A DNA stretch of 64,000 nucleotides from Myxococcota bacterium (GTDB lineage: Bacteria; Myxococcota_C; UBA6777): positions 1-64,000 of the forward strand of contig JAKLKB010000002.1 of NCBI GenBank assembly GCA_023150835.1. Direction: 5' to 3'. Shown here piece by piece: positions 30,669 to 40,626 of this stretch; within the stretch, counting starts at the first letter, position 1; the number at the start of each line of letters is the position of its first letter. The translations under genes and the position numbers were made by a program. The notes below the pieces were generated by a model that saw nothing but the letters and a program-made list of their open reading frames with translations, had not been told where the DNA came from and made no database searches.

Positions 30669-33344
30669 CTATTTGACTTCGAGAGAGACAGGGGTCGTTT
30701 TTCCTGTATTTCCGAAAGCATCGGTGATCTCGATAGCGATCTCATAGATCCCGGGGGCGATCTGTCCGAGGTCTTGGGTGATCTTGGAGGCTTGTGTTTT
30801 TCGGGTGCGTTGGGTGGTTTGGCCTTGTGCATCACGCGAGAGTCTCACGGTGACATCGGCTTCTTGGGGGGCAGGGAGGCTTGCGATGGAAAGAGAAAGA
30901 ACAGACTTGCCTTGTTGCGTGACGATGATCTTGCCCGATACTTGGTCGAGTTGTTGAGTGACGGGGCTGATGGCGTCCCAAAAGGTGAGCGGAGATCGCA
31001 AGCGATGGCCGAGCCGTTCGAGCTTTGCAAAGGGCGATTTTCCATCGTCGTTGGTGCTGGGGGGATATCCGACGATAGCGGAGAGGGCCTTGCCTTCGAG
31101 CTTGACGTCTTGGATGCGGATCTGATCGGAAGCAACCACCGAAAAAGCATCGGACTTCACCTCGTAGGGGATGATCTTTTCGCCGTCCCATTGATTTCCA
31201 CGGATGGAAAAGCGGTAGGTTCCGAGCGGAAAGTCTTGCAACTCCTCAAAATCAAAATGATAAAGCCAACGCTCGTCTTTTTTCTCAAAGCGCATCACCA
31301 AACGAAACCCACCATCATCATACAAACGCCCACCTGTGCGGATGACATCCTTAAAGTCTGCGCCTTCTTGGCGTTGCAAGACCACGACGGGATTGTCGAT
31401 GCCGCTAAATCCCCCCGAAAGGGTGAAGGTGAACGGCGGATCAAGGCGGCGGTAGGTCTTGGGGGGTTGGGTGACGATCTGGCCGGCTTGGGGGGTCTTT
31501 TCACGCGGAACGGTCGGCGTCAGATCGATATCAAAAAAGTCTTGCGGGAGAAAGTCTGTTTTATTATCAGGCTTGGTCTCTTGGGCAAGCTGCAAGGCGA
31601 GGGCCGTCACCTGTTGAAGAAGGTATTCGCCAAAGCGCGGTCCCCAGATATTCATGGAGCTTTCGTAGCCACCGCGCCACCAGTCCTGTTCTTCGAGCAG
31701 ATAAAAGTGGTGATCCTGCGAATAGCCAAGCGTGATGATATCTTTGATCTTTCCGCTGCTTTGTTCTTGAAGCGCTTTGCGCAGACGGATCGCCAGAAAA
31801 GAAGTCACCTCACCCGGGAAGGTCGCCAGCGTGAGATCGCCGATGCGCGCTGCGGTCAAGTGCGTCTTGGAGAACTGCGGTATCGGAGCGCCATTGTTGA
31901 TAAATTCGGCCACAAGTCCACAGCTTAACTTTCCGTCTTGGTGGCGTTTTTCGGGAGCTTTTTGGTAATCGTATTCGAGGGTGGCGCATTGCAGCGCGCC
32001 GAAGCGATAAGGCTTTTTCTGTCCGTTTTTGTCTTCGTAAAACTCGTCTTCTTTGTAGCCGATCAAGCCACGCGAGATGCCGATGCGTTTGTTGACCACA
32101 TCCAGACGGATATCTTCTTTGGGCTGGATCTTTTCGTAGAGCGACCACGCATGCTTTGCGGCCAGATGCCCGATGATTTGGAGCTTTTGGACTTCTTCAT
32201 GTTCAAGGTGATCCCCCGCAGGAGAGACATCCCCCGCAGGGCCTTGCATAAAGAAGGCTTCCACGCGCTTGTTGAGACGTTGCTCAAAGAAGTCTTCGAT
32301 CTCCAATTCGACGCCGCCTGCGGCATCTTGGGTCAGCGCAAACTTCTTGGAAGAGACCGCTGTTCCGTGCATCGGAAAGCTCACCAGCGCAGCGAGGGGG
32401 CTGCCATCTTGCTTGTCCACACGCATCACCAACAAGACGGGCTGCTTTTCTTTGGGCGAGGCTCCCCGTCGATCGCGGAAGATGCGATCTTCGGGATCGA
32501 AGTTGTTGTCAAGGGCATAGCCGAAACGGGCGGGCTGAAGGGCTTTATTGGCCGCGATGATCGCCTCACCAAAGGAGACTACGTTGCGGCGGAAGGCTTC
32601 GGGCAAGAAGTTTCCGTAGCCAAGCACACCGAGCTTGAGTTCAGGCAATAGATACCAAAAGCGCGCAGGGCCCGAATGCGTGTGCGTTGCGGTGATGATC
32701 AGCCCGTCCGAGATATCCGTCCCCGTCTTTTCGATGACATATTGTACGATCTGCGTATAGAGAAAGTCTGAAACCCAACACATCGGGCTGCGCACCAAAA
32801 ACAGCCGACGAACGCCATCATCAAGCGCAAGGACTTTGACAAAAAACCGATCGTACTGAGCATCCGAAGCAGAAAGGGCTTCGGCATAAGGGCCGATCTT
32901 TCCGAGGCGTCCGCCATATCCCGCCATCGATATCCCAAGAGGCATATCCAACGGGGCGATCCCAAGGCCCGCTTGAAGAGGTTTGGGCGTAGAACCCGCA
33001 GGATGGGGAGGTGTGCCTGTTTTCCATTTGGGTTGATGGCATTGCCCGTCTGCGCAGACGTATGATTTCGGGCAATCCGTATCGAGTTCACAACGCGAGA
33101 CACAGCGGCCTTTGTAGCACATCTTGTCTGCCGCACAGTCGGCAAGTTTGGCGCACGGGTTGGTGGGAACACATTTTCCGCCCACGCAATCGCCGCTACA
33201 CTCTCGCGGGGCGACACATTGCGCCTTGTCACCGCCATCTTGCGTCATCTCCGAAATGGCTTCTTGTCCACCGTTGTTGGGACATCCCCACAGCGGCAGA
33301 AGAAGCGCAAAGGCCATCCAAAAGATCAACAACATCACACGCAT
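30669..33344 (-). CDS. Neutral/alkaline ceramidase-family lipoprotein with Cys-rich N-terminal module
   Basis: Lipobox LWGC; SMAGYG, ATHTHSGP, MHGT, QGPAGDVSP, FPGE and GGYE ceramidase motifs. Confidence 0.8.
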   Translation of the reverse strand: MRVMLLIFWMAFALLLPLWGCPNNGGQEAISEMTQDGGDKAQCVAPRECSGDCVGGKCVPTNPCAKLADCAADKMCYKGRCVSRCELDTDCPKSYVCADGQCHQPKWKTGTPPHPAGSTPKPLQAGLGIAPLDMPLGISMAGYGGRLGKIGPYAEALSASDAQYDRFFVKVLALDDGVRRLFLVRSPMCWVSDFLYTQIVQYVIEKTGTDISDGLIITATHTHSGPARFWYLLPELKLGVLGYGNFLPEAFRRNVVSFGEAIIAANKALQPARFGYALDNNFDPEDRIFRDRRGASPKEKQPVLLVMRVDKQDGSPLAALVSFPMHGTAVSSKKFALTQDAAGGVELEIEDFFEQRLNKRVEAFFMQGPAGDVSPAGDHLEHEEVQKLQIIGHLAAKHAWSLYEKIQPKEDIRLDVVNKRIGISRGLIGYKEDEFYEDKNGQKKPYRFGALQCATLEYDYQKAPEKRHQDGKLSCGLVAEFINNGAPIPQFSKTHLTAARIGDLTLATFPGEVTSFLAIRLRKALQEQSSGKIKDIITLGYSQDHHFYLLEEQDWWRGGYESSMNIWGPRFGEYLLQQVTALALQLAQETKPDNKTDFLPQDFFDIDLTPTVPREKTPQAGQIVTQPPKTYRRLDPPFTFTLSGGFSGIDNPVVVLQRQEGADFKDVIRTGGRLYDDGGFRLVMRFEKKDERWLYHFDFEELQDFPLGTYRFSIRGNQWDGEKIIPYEVKSDAFSVVASDQIRIQDVKLEGKALSAIVGYPPSTNDDGKSPFAKLERLGHRLRSPLTFWDAISPVTQQLDQVSGKIIVTQQGKSVLSLSIASLPAPQEADVTVRLSRDAQGQTTQRTRKTQASKITQDLGQIAPGIYEIAIEITDAFGNTGKTTPVSLEVK

Positions 33345-33524
33345 CTCACACACCTCCCAAGAAAACAGCCGCGCCCTACGGAACATCGTCTCCCAACAAG
33401 TCGATCACACCGCTGACACGTCGGCAAAGTCTATCCAAAGGCTCGCGCTTAGGGAAGGGCGGGCCGTTGTGCGGTCTGTGACGTTGTGATGAGGGGCTTG
33501 TGTCTTTTCGCAGCGTTTTTATGA

Positions 33525-33768
33525 TAGGAGCGACGCATTTCGGCAGACTTTGCGGGGCTTTGCCCCATACCCCACTTCCTTAGCGCGGCTCTATGGACCC
33601 CGTGTTTGGCGAACAGATCATCGTTTTTCAAACCAACGGCGCTCTCGATTGGACGGGTGCGCTCACGGGGCTTTTGTCCACCTGATGCGGCGATCCGACT
33701 GTGCCGCCACACGCACACTCGATTGGACGGGTGCGAACACGGGGCTTTTGTCCACCGCGTGGCTCCTG
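33525..33768. mobile_element. Family G MITE, 5-bp TSD TATGA, carrying a family D repeat with a duplicated segment
   Basis: Ends TAGGAGCGACGCATT and ACCGCGTGGCTCCTG; TATGA at 33520-33524 and 33769-33773; CTCGATTGGACGGGTGCG..CACGGGGCTTTTGTCCACC present twice. Confidence 0.8.
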
Positions 33769-33870
33769 TATGATATACGGTCTTCGCGCTTGCCCCACGA
33801 GACGCGAACATCAGCGGTGTTGTGTTGGACTACTTCTTTTCTCAAAGGCTTGTTATTTTCGAGGTTATGA

Positions 33871-36357
33871 ATGTCCCGTATGTTGGAAAGAACGGATGCT
33901 CGGTCGTTTTACGGCTACACCTCTTTTTTGCGTTTTTTGTTGCTTTGCAACTTTGTTTGCTTGGTGGTGTTGTTCTTTTTGTATATGCCGCCGCAAACGC
34001 TGAAACAGCCGAGTCTGTGGTTTTCGGTGTTTGCGTATGCAGCTTGTTGGCAAAGCGCGTTGTTGTTGGCGGGATCGTTGTTTTACCCGTTGCCGAGGGG
34101 CGTGGGGCGCCCGCTGTTGGTCTTCTTACACGGGATGTCGCTGATCTTGGTGGTGATCGATCTGGTCTTGTTTCTGAACTTGCGCATCCATCTCGATGAT
34201 CCGATGACCCTTGTCTTGCTACATCCGAAAGGGATGCAAGACATCGGTTTTTCATGGCTTTATGGGGCGTTTCTCGTGGGCCTCTTTTTGTTTGTGTTTT
34301 TGGTGCAATGGCTGCTCGGTCGGATCTGGTGGCGTTGGTTTCGCCCACCGTTACAGGTGTCCATGCGCCGCCAAGGATGGGTGTGGGGATGGACAGGCGC
34401 TTTTGTCTTGGCGGGTGGTATCGGGTATGCGTGGACGCCCAAGCGACTGGCGGAATCCCTGACGGAGCGTTTGCCGGGCTATCAAACCTTTAACCCGCGC
34501 CTCGCGCTGCATCCCGGCCAAGTGCTACGCAAGAAAAAATTAGTCGATCGCGCCAAAGCCCTGCGCTATCCGCGCAAAGCCTTTTCGCTCGCCGCTGCCA
34601 AACACGTCAAAAAACCGTTGCCGCACATCCTATTGATCGCCTCAGAGTCTGTGCGCGCAGATATGCTGAATCCCCAAGATATGCCGCAGATGTATCGATT
34701 CCTGCAAAAGCATCCGCATTTGTCTTCTTCTGCGCATTACAGCACAGGGCATCAAACGTGGGAGGGGATGTTTGGCCTGATGTACGGTCTCGCAGGCCAC
34801 CAACGACCGACCTTTTACGGCCAGCCGCTTACGCCGCACAACCTGTTGATGCTCAAACAGCTCGGTTATCGGCTGCTTTCGTTTTCGGCATCCTCTTTCA
34901 AAGAGCAAGGCTACGAGCCTTTGGTCAAGATCTTCGATCAGCATTACGATATCCAGATCTTCAAGCAATCGTTTGAAGCCTACAATTCAGCGATGCTTTC
35001 GTCAGATCTGCGGATCACAGAGATGGCGATCCAAGCCCTCGAAAAAGAACGCCGCCTCCCCCCCGAAAAGCAAAAGCCCCTGTTGATCGTGTTGTTCTAT
35101 GTTTCGACGCATTATCCGTATGAGTCGCAAGCCCAAGATCAAAAGTTTCGCCCATTTCTGCCCGACCGTTTTCAAAGCCTTGTGATCCACGACGGATACC
35201 GCGAAGGCTTGTGGAATCGTTATCGGAATTCGTGCATCTTTGTGGATCGACAGATCGGGCGGGTGTTGCAGGCTGCACAGCCCGAGATCTCCCAAGGCCG
35301 TTTGATGTGGTCTTTTGTCGGCGATCATGGTGAAGAATTCTGGGACGCAGGAGAATACGGCCATGCCTCGCGGCGCTTGCTCAGTTCGCGCACCCAAACA
35401 GCCTTTGCCTTGTATGCTCCAATGCTCAAAGCCTCCAAGCGCGTTGCTGTATCCAGCCACGCCGATATCTTCCCCACCTTTCTCGATCTGCTCGGTGTGG
35501 ACTTCCCCATCGAGCATTACAGCGATGGGGCCTCGTTGATCAAGCCGCGCACGCACAACTACGTCCAGATCAACGGCTACGGTTTCCCCGATCTACCGAA
35601 CTTTGCGATCGCAACTCCCCAACGCAAGATCTTTGCGCGCCGAACTCTTGGCTTTGAATTAGAAGTCAATGCCGTCCTCGATAGCGAGGATCGCCCCGTA
35701 CGTTGGACCCGCCAAGAGATCGAACCGATCCTGCGCGATTGGATGAAGCGTGTCGATCACTTTTACCCGAACTATCGGCTTTGGGAGTCTTCTCGCGTCC
35801 TCTATCACCCCCTCCCCTCTTTTCCATTTGCGCCCACCTACGGCCCGATCCGTACCGCTGAAACGCCCCATCTCAAACCTTGGGAGCGCCTCGGAAGTAC
35901 CCGCGACCATGTATCCACCAAGCCTTTTCCTGTCAAAACCCCTGTGGGCGTGCGTTTTGGCGAATACGTCGAGTGGGTGGGCTATACCTTCCACAAACCC
36001 GAAGTGCGCCTTGGCGATGATCTTGTGGTCGAATTTGTCTTCCGCTGCCGAAAAAAAATCCCCAAAGGATACAAGATCTTTTTTCACGGACACCGCGAAC
36101 GTACCCCCCAGTTTGTGGGTGCAGATCACGACCCTGTGTACAACACCTACCCTCTCTACGAGTGGAAAGAAGGCGAATACATCCGCGATATCATGCACAT
36201 GCCCACCACCAACGAATGGCAGCCGGGAAGCGGTCGCCTCCATATCGGCCTCTACAACAAAGCCAGCGGCCAACGTACCCCCGTGTATGAGATCAAAACA
36301 GGCCAAAAGTTAAAGACCACACACGCCGATGTGATCGCTTTTTGGTTCGTTCCTTAA
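33871..36357 (+). CDS. Membrane-anchored sulfatase-like protein (YejM/PbgA-like) with extra C-terminal beta-sandwich domain
   Basis: Five N-terminal TM segments; ILLIASESVRAD, HYSTG..T..GMFGLMYG, THYPY, GDHGEEF and SHADIFPT motifs. Confidence 0.8.
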   Translation: MSRMLERTDARSFYGYTSFLRFLLLCNFVCLVVLFFLYMPPQTLKQPSLWFSVFAYAACWQSALLLAGSLFYPLPRGVGRPLLVFLHGMSLILVVIDLVLFLNLRIHLDDPMTLVLLHPKGMQDIGFSWLYGAFLVGLFLFVFLVQWLLGRIWWRWFRPPLQVSMRRQGWVWGWTGAFVLAGGIGYAWTPKRLAESLTERLPGYQTFNPRLALHPGQVLRKKKLVDRAKALRYPRKAFSLAAAKHVKKPLPHILLIASESVRADMLNPQDMPQMYRFLQKHPHLSSSAHYSTGHQTWEGMFGLMYGLAGHQRPTFYGQPLTPHNLLMLKQLGYRLLSFSASSFKEQGYEPLVKIFDQHYDIQIFKQSFEAYNSAMLSSDLRITEMAIQALEKERRLPPEKQKPLLIVLFYVSTHYPYESQAQDQKFRPFLPDRFQSLVIHDGYREGLWNRYRNSCIFVDRQIGRVLQAAQPEISQGRLMWSFVGDHGEEFWDAGEYGHASRRLLSSRTQTAFALYAPMLKASKRVAVSSHADIFPTFLDLLGVDFPIEHYSDGASLIKPRTHNYVQINGYGFPDLPNFAIATPQRKIFARRTLGFELEVNAVLDSEDRPVRWTRQEIEPILRDWMKRVDHFYPNYRLWESSRVLYHPLPSFPFAPTYGPIRTAETPHLKPWERLGSTRDHVSTKPFPVKTPVGVRFGEYVEWVGYTFHKPEVRLGDDLVVEFVFRCRKKIPKGYKIFFHGHRERTPQFVGADHDPVYNTYPLYEWKEGEYIRDIMHMPTTNEWQPGSGRLHIGLYNKASGQRTPVYEIKTGQKLKTTHADVIAFWFVP

Positions 36358-36377
36358 CCACAGGCTCGTCGGGCTTA

Positions 36378-38027
36378 TCAAGAAGAAGCATCAGAAAGAG
36401 TGGAAAGGTGCGTGTGGGCATATTGTCGAAAAACCGAACGACTGGGCTTGATGCTGGGATGGGGAGGGAGAGCGGGCCAAGGCAAGAAATGATCAGGGAT
36501 CTTGAAACGAGCAAGACGAGAAGATAGAAATTCGCGCAAGGTTTTCTCGCACAAAGGTTGCGCATCGCGCATCTGCAAGAAGGCAACAGGTCGAGCGCCA
36601 TAGAGAGCATGAGGGATATCGACGACCAAAACGGACTCGACAGCGGGATGCTGTGTGAGATGCCATTCGATCTCTTCGGGCTGGATGTTTTCACCTCCAG
36701 AGATAAACATCGCGTCTTTGCGACCGAGGATGCGGAGAAAGCCGTTGTCGTCGATGCGACCCAGATCCCCCATCGCAAACCAGCCATCGGCATCAAAGGG
36801 GCATTGCAGCCCCTCTGGCGTGAGGTAGCCTCGAAAACGAGTTTCACCGCGAACCCAGATCTCGCCATCTTCGGCGAGACGAAGCGCACGATATGGAAGC
36901 AACAAGCCCGAAGAAGACCACGCCTCCAACCCATCGTTCGGGCGCGTGGTGGTGATCTGCGAAGCCATCTCTGTGGAGCCGTAGCTCGTAAAGATCCGAA
37001 GGCGCAAAGAGGCCGCCCGTTCGAGCAAAGCGTAGGGGATGGCACTTCCCCCCAACAAGATCGCTCGGGCCTGCTGAAGCTGCGGTAGGATCGAGGGTTC
37101 AGCATCAAGCAAGCGCAACAGTTGCGTAGGAACGAGAGAAAGATGCGTTGGTTGCATCGCTCGGATGGCTTCGTGCAAAGAAGAACGCGGCGAAGGGATC
37201 GCGACAGAAGCCCCCGCAAGAAACACGCGCATGATTAAACCGATGCCCGCGACGTGAAAGATCGGAAGGGACAACAACCAACGATCCTGCGGCTCGATCG
37301 GGATGTTTTGGTTTGAGCCGAGTGCGCTGTAGTAGTGGTTGGCGTACGAATGAAGTGCGGCTTTGGGTTCGCGGGTACTTCCCGAAGTAAAGATGATCGT
37401 GGCGTCCCGCTCAAGACCCTCTTTTGGGAAAGCAAACATCCAAGCAGGAGCACGATCGGCGTCTTCGGCTGTGGAGTGAGCTTCGGTTGTGGGGATCTTT
37501 TCGGCTCCAAGGATCTCTTCGGCTCTAAGGCTCTCTTCGGCTCTAAGGCTCTCTTCGGCTCTGGGGGTTTTGGGGTCATTGTTTTGGTGTTGTGGCTCTT
37601 GAGGGGGAGGCGGCAGAGAAGAAAGCGGGTGAACACAAAGCTCGGGATGTTGGGCTTTTTCAGCCAAGGCATCATCCACAAAGAGATGCTTTGCGGATAT
37701 CTTGCGGGCCATCGGGAAAAGCTGTTCTTGTGGGATGCGCGTGGAGAGCGGAGCGACGATGCAGCCTCGGCGCAGCAGGCCAAAAAAACAAGCCAGCGCA
37801 AAAGGCGAAGCCTCGGCCCAAAGCACGGCTCGCTCTCCTTCCAAAAGGCCGATCTGTTCGACTTTTTTGGCGATCGATTCGACCCAACGGGCCATCTGAG
37901 TGTAAGACCACCGTTGTTGGGGCGTGATCAATGCTGGGTCATGCGGCGTCCAGTCCATCGGCTGCGGCATGGATGCGGCAGAGAAAACATCTCTTAAAAA
38001 AAGAGAAGATGGAGGGAGATGCGTCAT
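36378..38027 (-). CDS. menE: o-succinylbenzoate-CoA ligase
   Basis: FTSGSTREPKA, SLPIFHVAG, SLVPTQL, YGSTEMASQ and GRKDAMFISGGENIQPEEIE motifs. Confidence 0.92.
   Translation of the reverse strand: MTHLPPSSLFLRDVFSAASMPQPMDWTPHDPALITPQQRWSYTQMARWVESIAKKVEQIGLLEGERAVLWAEASPFALACFFGLLRRGCIVAPLSTRIPQEQLFPMARKISAKHLFVDDALAEKAQHPELCVHPLSSLPPPPQEPQHQNNDPKTPRAEESLRAEESLRAEEILGAEKIPTTEAHSTAEDADRAPAWMFAFPKEGLERDATIIFTSGSTREPKAALHSYANHYYSALGSNQNIPIEPQDRWLLSLPIFHVAGIGLIMRVFLAGASVAIPSPRSSLHEAIRAMQPTHLSLVPTQLLRLLDAEPSILPQLQQARAILLGGSAIPYALLERAASLRLRIFTSYGSTEMASQITTTRPNDGLEAWSSSGLLLPYRALRLAEDGEIWVRGETRFRGYLTPEGLQCPFDADGWFAMGDLGRIDDNGFLRILGRKDAMFISGGENIQPEEIEWHLTQHPAVESVLVVDIPHALYGARPVAFLQMRDAQPLCEKTLREFLSSRLARFKIPDHFLPWPALPPHPSIKPSRSVFRQYAHTHLSTLSDASS
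37483..37563 (-). repeat. 18-bp in-frame tandem repeat in menE (AEESLR-like)
   Basis: GGCTCTCTTCGGCTCTAA units, degenerating leftwards. Confidence 0.8.
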
Positions 38028-38042
38028 CCGCTCACCTATTCA

Positions 38043-38164
38043 TACGATCTCCGCGTAATGTATGATCGCATGATGTAGGGGCGGTTCGCGAACCGCCCTA
38101 TTCTCGGGCAGCCACAGGGGGCTGCCCCTACATTTTTACGATCACACACCCTGCGGATTTCGTA
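38043..38164. mobile_element. Family A MITE, complete, 3-bp TSD TCA, carrying two REP-like palindromes
   Basis: Ends TACGATCTCCG and CGGATTTCGTA; TCA at 38040-38042 and 38165-38167; GTAGGGGCGGTTCGCGAACCGCCC and GGGCAGCCACAGGGGGCTGCCCCTAC inside. Confidence 0.85.
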
Positions 38165-38214
38165 TCACTCATGCAACATCCGCCAATTTGACTCGACTCA
38201 GCGCGACGCACTTG

Positions 38215-38341
38215 CAAAAAAAAGCCGTGTTCGTACACGCTCAAGCGACAGAGTCGTTGTTTTGGAAGACCTGCGATCTTTTCGCCAAACACGGGGTCAA
38301 GGGAGCCGCGCTCCCTTGTGGGGCGTGGGGCAAAGCCCCAC
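38215..38341 (+). repeat. Family D structured repeat
   Basis: AAAAAGCCGTGTTCG..CAAGCGACAGAGTCGTTGTTTTG..TTCGCCAAACACGGGGTCAAGGGAGCCGCGCTCCCTTGTGGGGCGTGGGGCAAAGCCCCAC. Confidence 0.85.
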
Positions 38342-38369
38342 AAACGCCATCGAACAAGCGACACCGCTC

Positions 38370-39623
38370 CTACTCACAACACGACGCAAAAGAAACGCTC
38401 GGCTCGGTAGGTACGAGGAGATTGGGGTGAGAGGTGATATCGAAGCAAGCGAGGTGGTTTGCGATGGAGGAGAGGTTGAGATGCCCGCCTTGAGACCAAG
38501 GAGGGAGGAGATCGGCGGCAAGAGCGCGGCGTGTATCGAGTCCTGCGGCACGATGCGGCAGGACAGAGGCAGCCCAAAGCGCGAGAAAAGACAGACCAAG
38601 CCCCGACTCAAAGGTGCTGCTAAAGACGGCGGTGCGTTGGTTCATTTGGCTCCACAGCAGCCAATCATCGGTCGGAAGGACCCCGCCAAGAACACTCGGT
38701 TTGAGAACGAGTGTTTTGGCGCAAGCAAGGCGGGGATCGTCACTTTTGGGGTGAAGTTGCGAAAGGCTTTCATCCAAAGCAACGGAAACGCCCGTCTCTT
38801 GGACGAGTTGAGGCAAGAGCAGCGGATTTTGCAGCGGTTCTTCGAGGTATTCGATCGGACAAGAGTGCAAAGCATCGAGAAAGCGGCGGGCTTGATCGAG
38901 CGTCCATGCACGATTCGGGTCGATGCGCAACGTAGCTTGTTTACCGAGCAGATCGTGTAAAGCGCGGACGCGCTTGATATCTTCGGCAAGTTCAGTGCGT
39001 CCGACTTTGAGTTTGAGATGCCGAACGCCTGTGTGCAAAGCGTCTGCGGCTTGTTTTTGCAAGGCATCCAAAGGACCCATCAACAGAACTTGGAGCGGAA
39101 GAGTCGGATGGATCGGTGTATACAGGTCGTGCGAGACGCGAGCAGTTCGGGAGTTTTTTTCGGTTGTGGCGTGTGTTTTGGGTGGACGACTCGGTTGTTT
39201 TGCGCGCAAGCAAAGGTGGGCGCGATAAGTCCAGAGCATCATATCGAGTCCAAAACGCGCAGAGGGCGGCAGATGGAGCGGTTCGAGATGGTGGTGAAAC
39301 GAAGTCATCGCACGCAAGGGCGGAGCGATCAGCTTGCGAGCAGAAGGAGGCACCCAACAGCGCGGATCGAGCAGTTCGTAAACAACTTCGAGCAACGCCA
39401 GCAACATCGGCTTTTGTCGCTGGAGGGTGCTGTAGATGGCGTCGAGCGATTCTTCGTGGAGACCGGGGAGCGGTGCGATCTCGCCGACGCCTTGGGTTCC
39501 ATCGCGATCGCGCAACACAAGCACCAGTCCCTCGCGTTGTTGAAGGCGGTGTGGGCCGATCTGAAGTGTTTCACGCAGAGGAAGAACATAACGGTGCAGA
39601 TCCAAGGAAAACAATTCAGCCAT
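38370..39623 (-). CDS. menC: o-succinylbenzoate synthase
   Basis: GEIAPLPGLHEE, LKLKVG, RIDPN, YLEEP, ALDES and VFSSTFES enolase-superfamily motifs. Confidence 0.9.
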   Translation of the reverse strand: MAELFSLDLHRYVLPLRETLQIGPHRLQQREGLVLVLRDRDGTQGVGEIAPLPGLHEESLDAIYSTLQRQKPMLLALLEVVYELLDPRCWVPPSARKLIAPPLRAMTSFHHHLEPLHLPPSARFGLDMMLWTYRAHLCLRAKQPSRPPKTHATTEKNSRTARVSHDLYTPIHPTLPLQVLLMGPLDALQKQAADALHTGVRHLKLKVGRTELAEDIKRVRALHDLLGKQATLRIDPNRAWTLDQARRFLDALHSCPIEYLEEPLQNPLLLPQLVQETGVSVALDESLSQLHPKSDDPRLACAKTLVLKPSVLGGVLPTDDWLLWSQMNQRTAVFSSTFESGLGLSFLALWAASVLPHRAAGLDTRRALAADLLPPWSQGGHLNLSSIANHLACFDITSHPNLLVPTEPSVSFASCCE

Positions 39624-39703
39624 CGCGCATCCTTACGCATCAAAAAACGTGTCAACAGAAACCACAAGACACCAAGCGCCGATATCGCTTTGGGATGGGC
39701 TTT

Positions 39704-40591
39704 TTAAGAGAGGATCCACCCGACCGAAAACAGCACGCTGTACAATAAAAGCAGCTGGCCTGTTGTAGCAAGTGCTTGATTGAGGGCTTGGCCGTCATGC
39801 GCGGTCCAAACGACCCGCAACGCAGGAAAGCCAAACAAGAAGATCAGCGAGGCAGAAAGAGCGTAGTGATGGGCCTTTGTCAAGAAGACCAACCACACAG
39901 GCAACAGCGCAGGGATCAACAAACACAAGAGATATTCGACCCGAGCAAAGGTCGCCCCAAAACGCACCGCCAACGTGCGTTTCTTGACTTTGCGATCACC
40001 CTCGATATCGCGGAGATTGTTGACGGCCAACAAGCCCGTCGCGATCAAGCCCGGCCCAAGGCCCGCAAGCAACACCAACGGCGAAAGCGTTAGACGTTGG
40101 AGATAGTAGGTTCCTCCGACCGCAACAGGGCCAAAGAACACCACCACAAAAAGATCGCCAAGGCCCGTATAAGCTAAGGCAAACGGCCCGTAGGTGTAGA
40201 GGATTCCCGCAGCAACCGAGACCAGCCCAAGCACCACGATCGGCCAGCCTCCGCGCCAAACCAACGGGACACCCGACAAGATCGCCAACGCAAACACCCC
40301 GATGTAAGCGCGTTTCATGGTTTGGGGGGACACATAACCCGCTTGCGTGACGCGCACAGGCCCCAAACGATCGGCATCATCAGCCCCCTTTTTGAAGTCG
40401 TAATAGTCATTCGCAAGATTGGTTCCGATCTGGATCAGCAGCGCGCCAAGCAAACAAAAGAAAGCCATCACCAGATGAAAACTGCCGTCGCTGTAAGCCA
40501 TCGCCGATCCAATCAAGACAGGCGCGATCGCCGCGCCAAGCGTTTTCGGGCGAATCGCCATCAAAACGATCTGAGAGAGTGAAGGTGTCAT
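39704..40591 (-). CDS. menA: 1,4-dihydroxy-2-naphthoate polyprenyltransferase
   Basis: RPKTL, NLANDYYDFKKGAD and VNNLRDIEGD..KRTLAVRFG motifs. Confidence 0.95.
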   Translation of the reverse strand: MTPSLSQIVLMAIRPKTLGAAIAPVLIGSAMAYSDGSFHLVMAFFCLLGALLIQIGTNLANDYYDFKKGADDADRLGPVRVTQAGYVSPQTMKRAYIGVFALAILSGVPLVWRGGWPIVVLGLVSVAAGILYTYGPFALAYTGLGDLFVVVFFGPVAVGGTYYLQRLTLSPLVLLAGLGPGLIATGLLAVNNLRDIEGDRKVKKRTLAVRFGATFARVEYLLCLLIPALLPVWLVFLTKAHHYALSASLIFLFGFPALRVVWTAHDGQALNQALATTGQLLLLYSVLFSVGWILS

Positions 40592-40626
40592 GCGCTTCCT
40601 ACGGTGTGAAAGGGGTGAGCTGTTTC

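Noticed and set aside
30774-31928. 384-aa plus-strand ORF
   Set aside because: Antisense to the ceramidase-like gene with no motifs.
38295-38320. GAGCCGCG in repeat D as group II intron domain V
   Set aside because: Lacks the domain V stem pairing and GNRA loop, and no intron-encoded RT is nearby.
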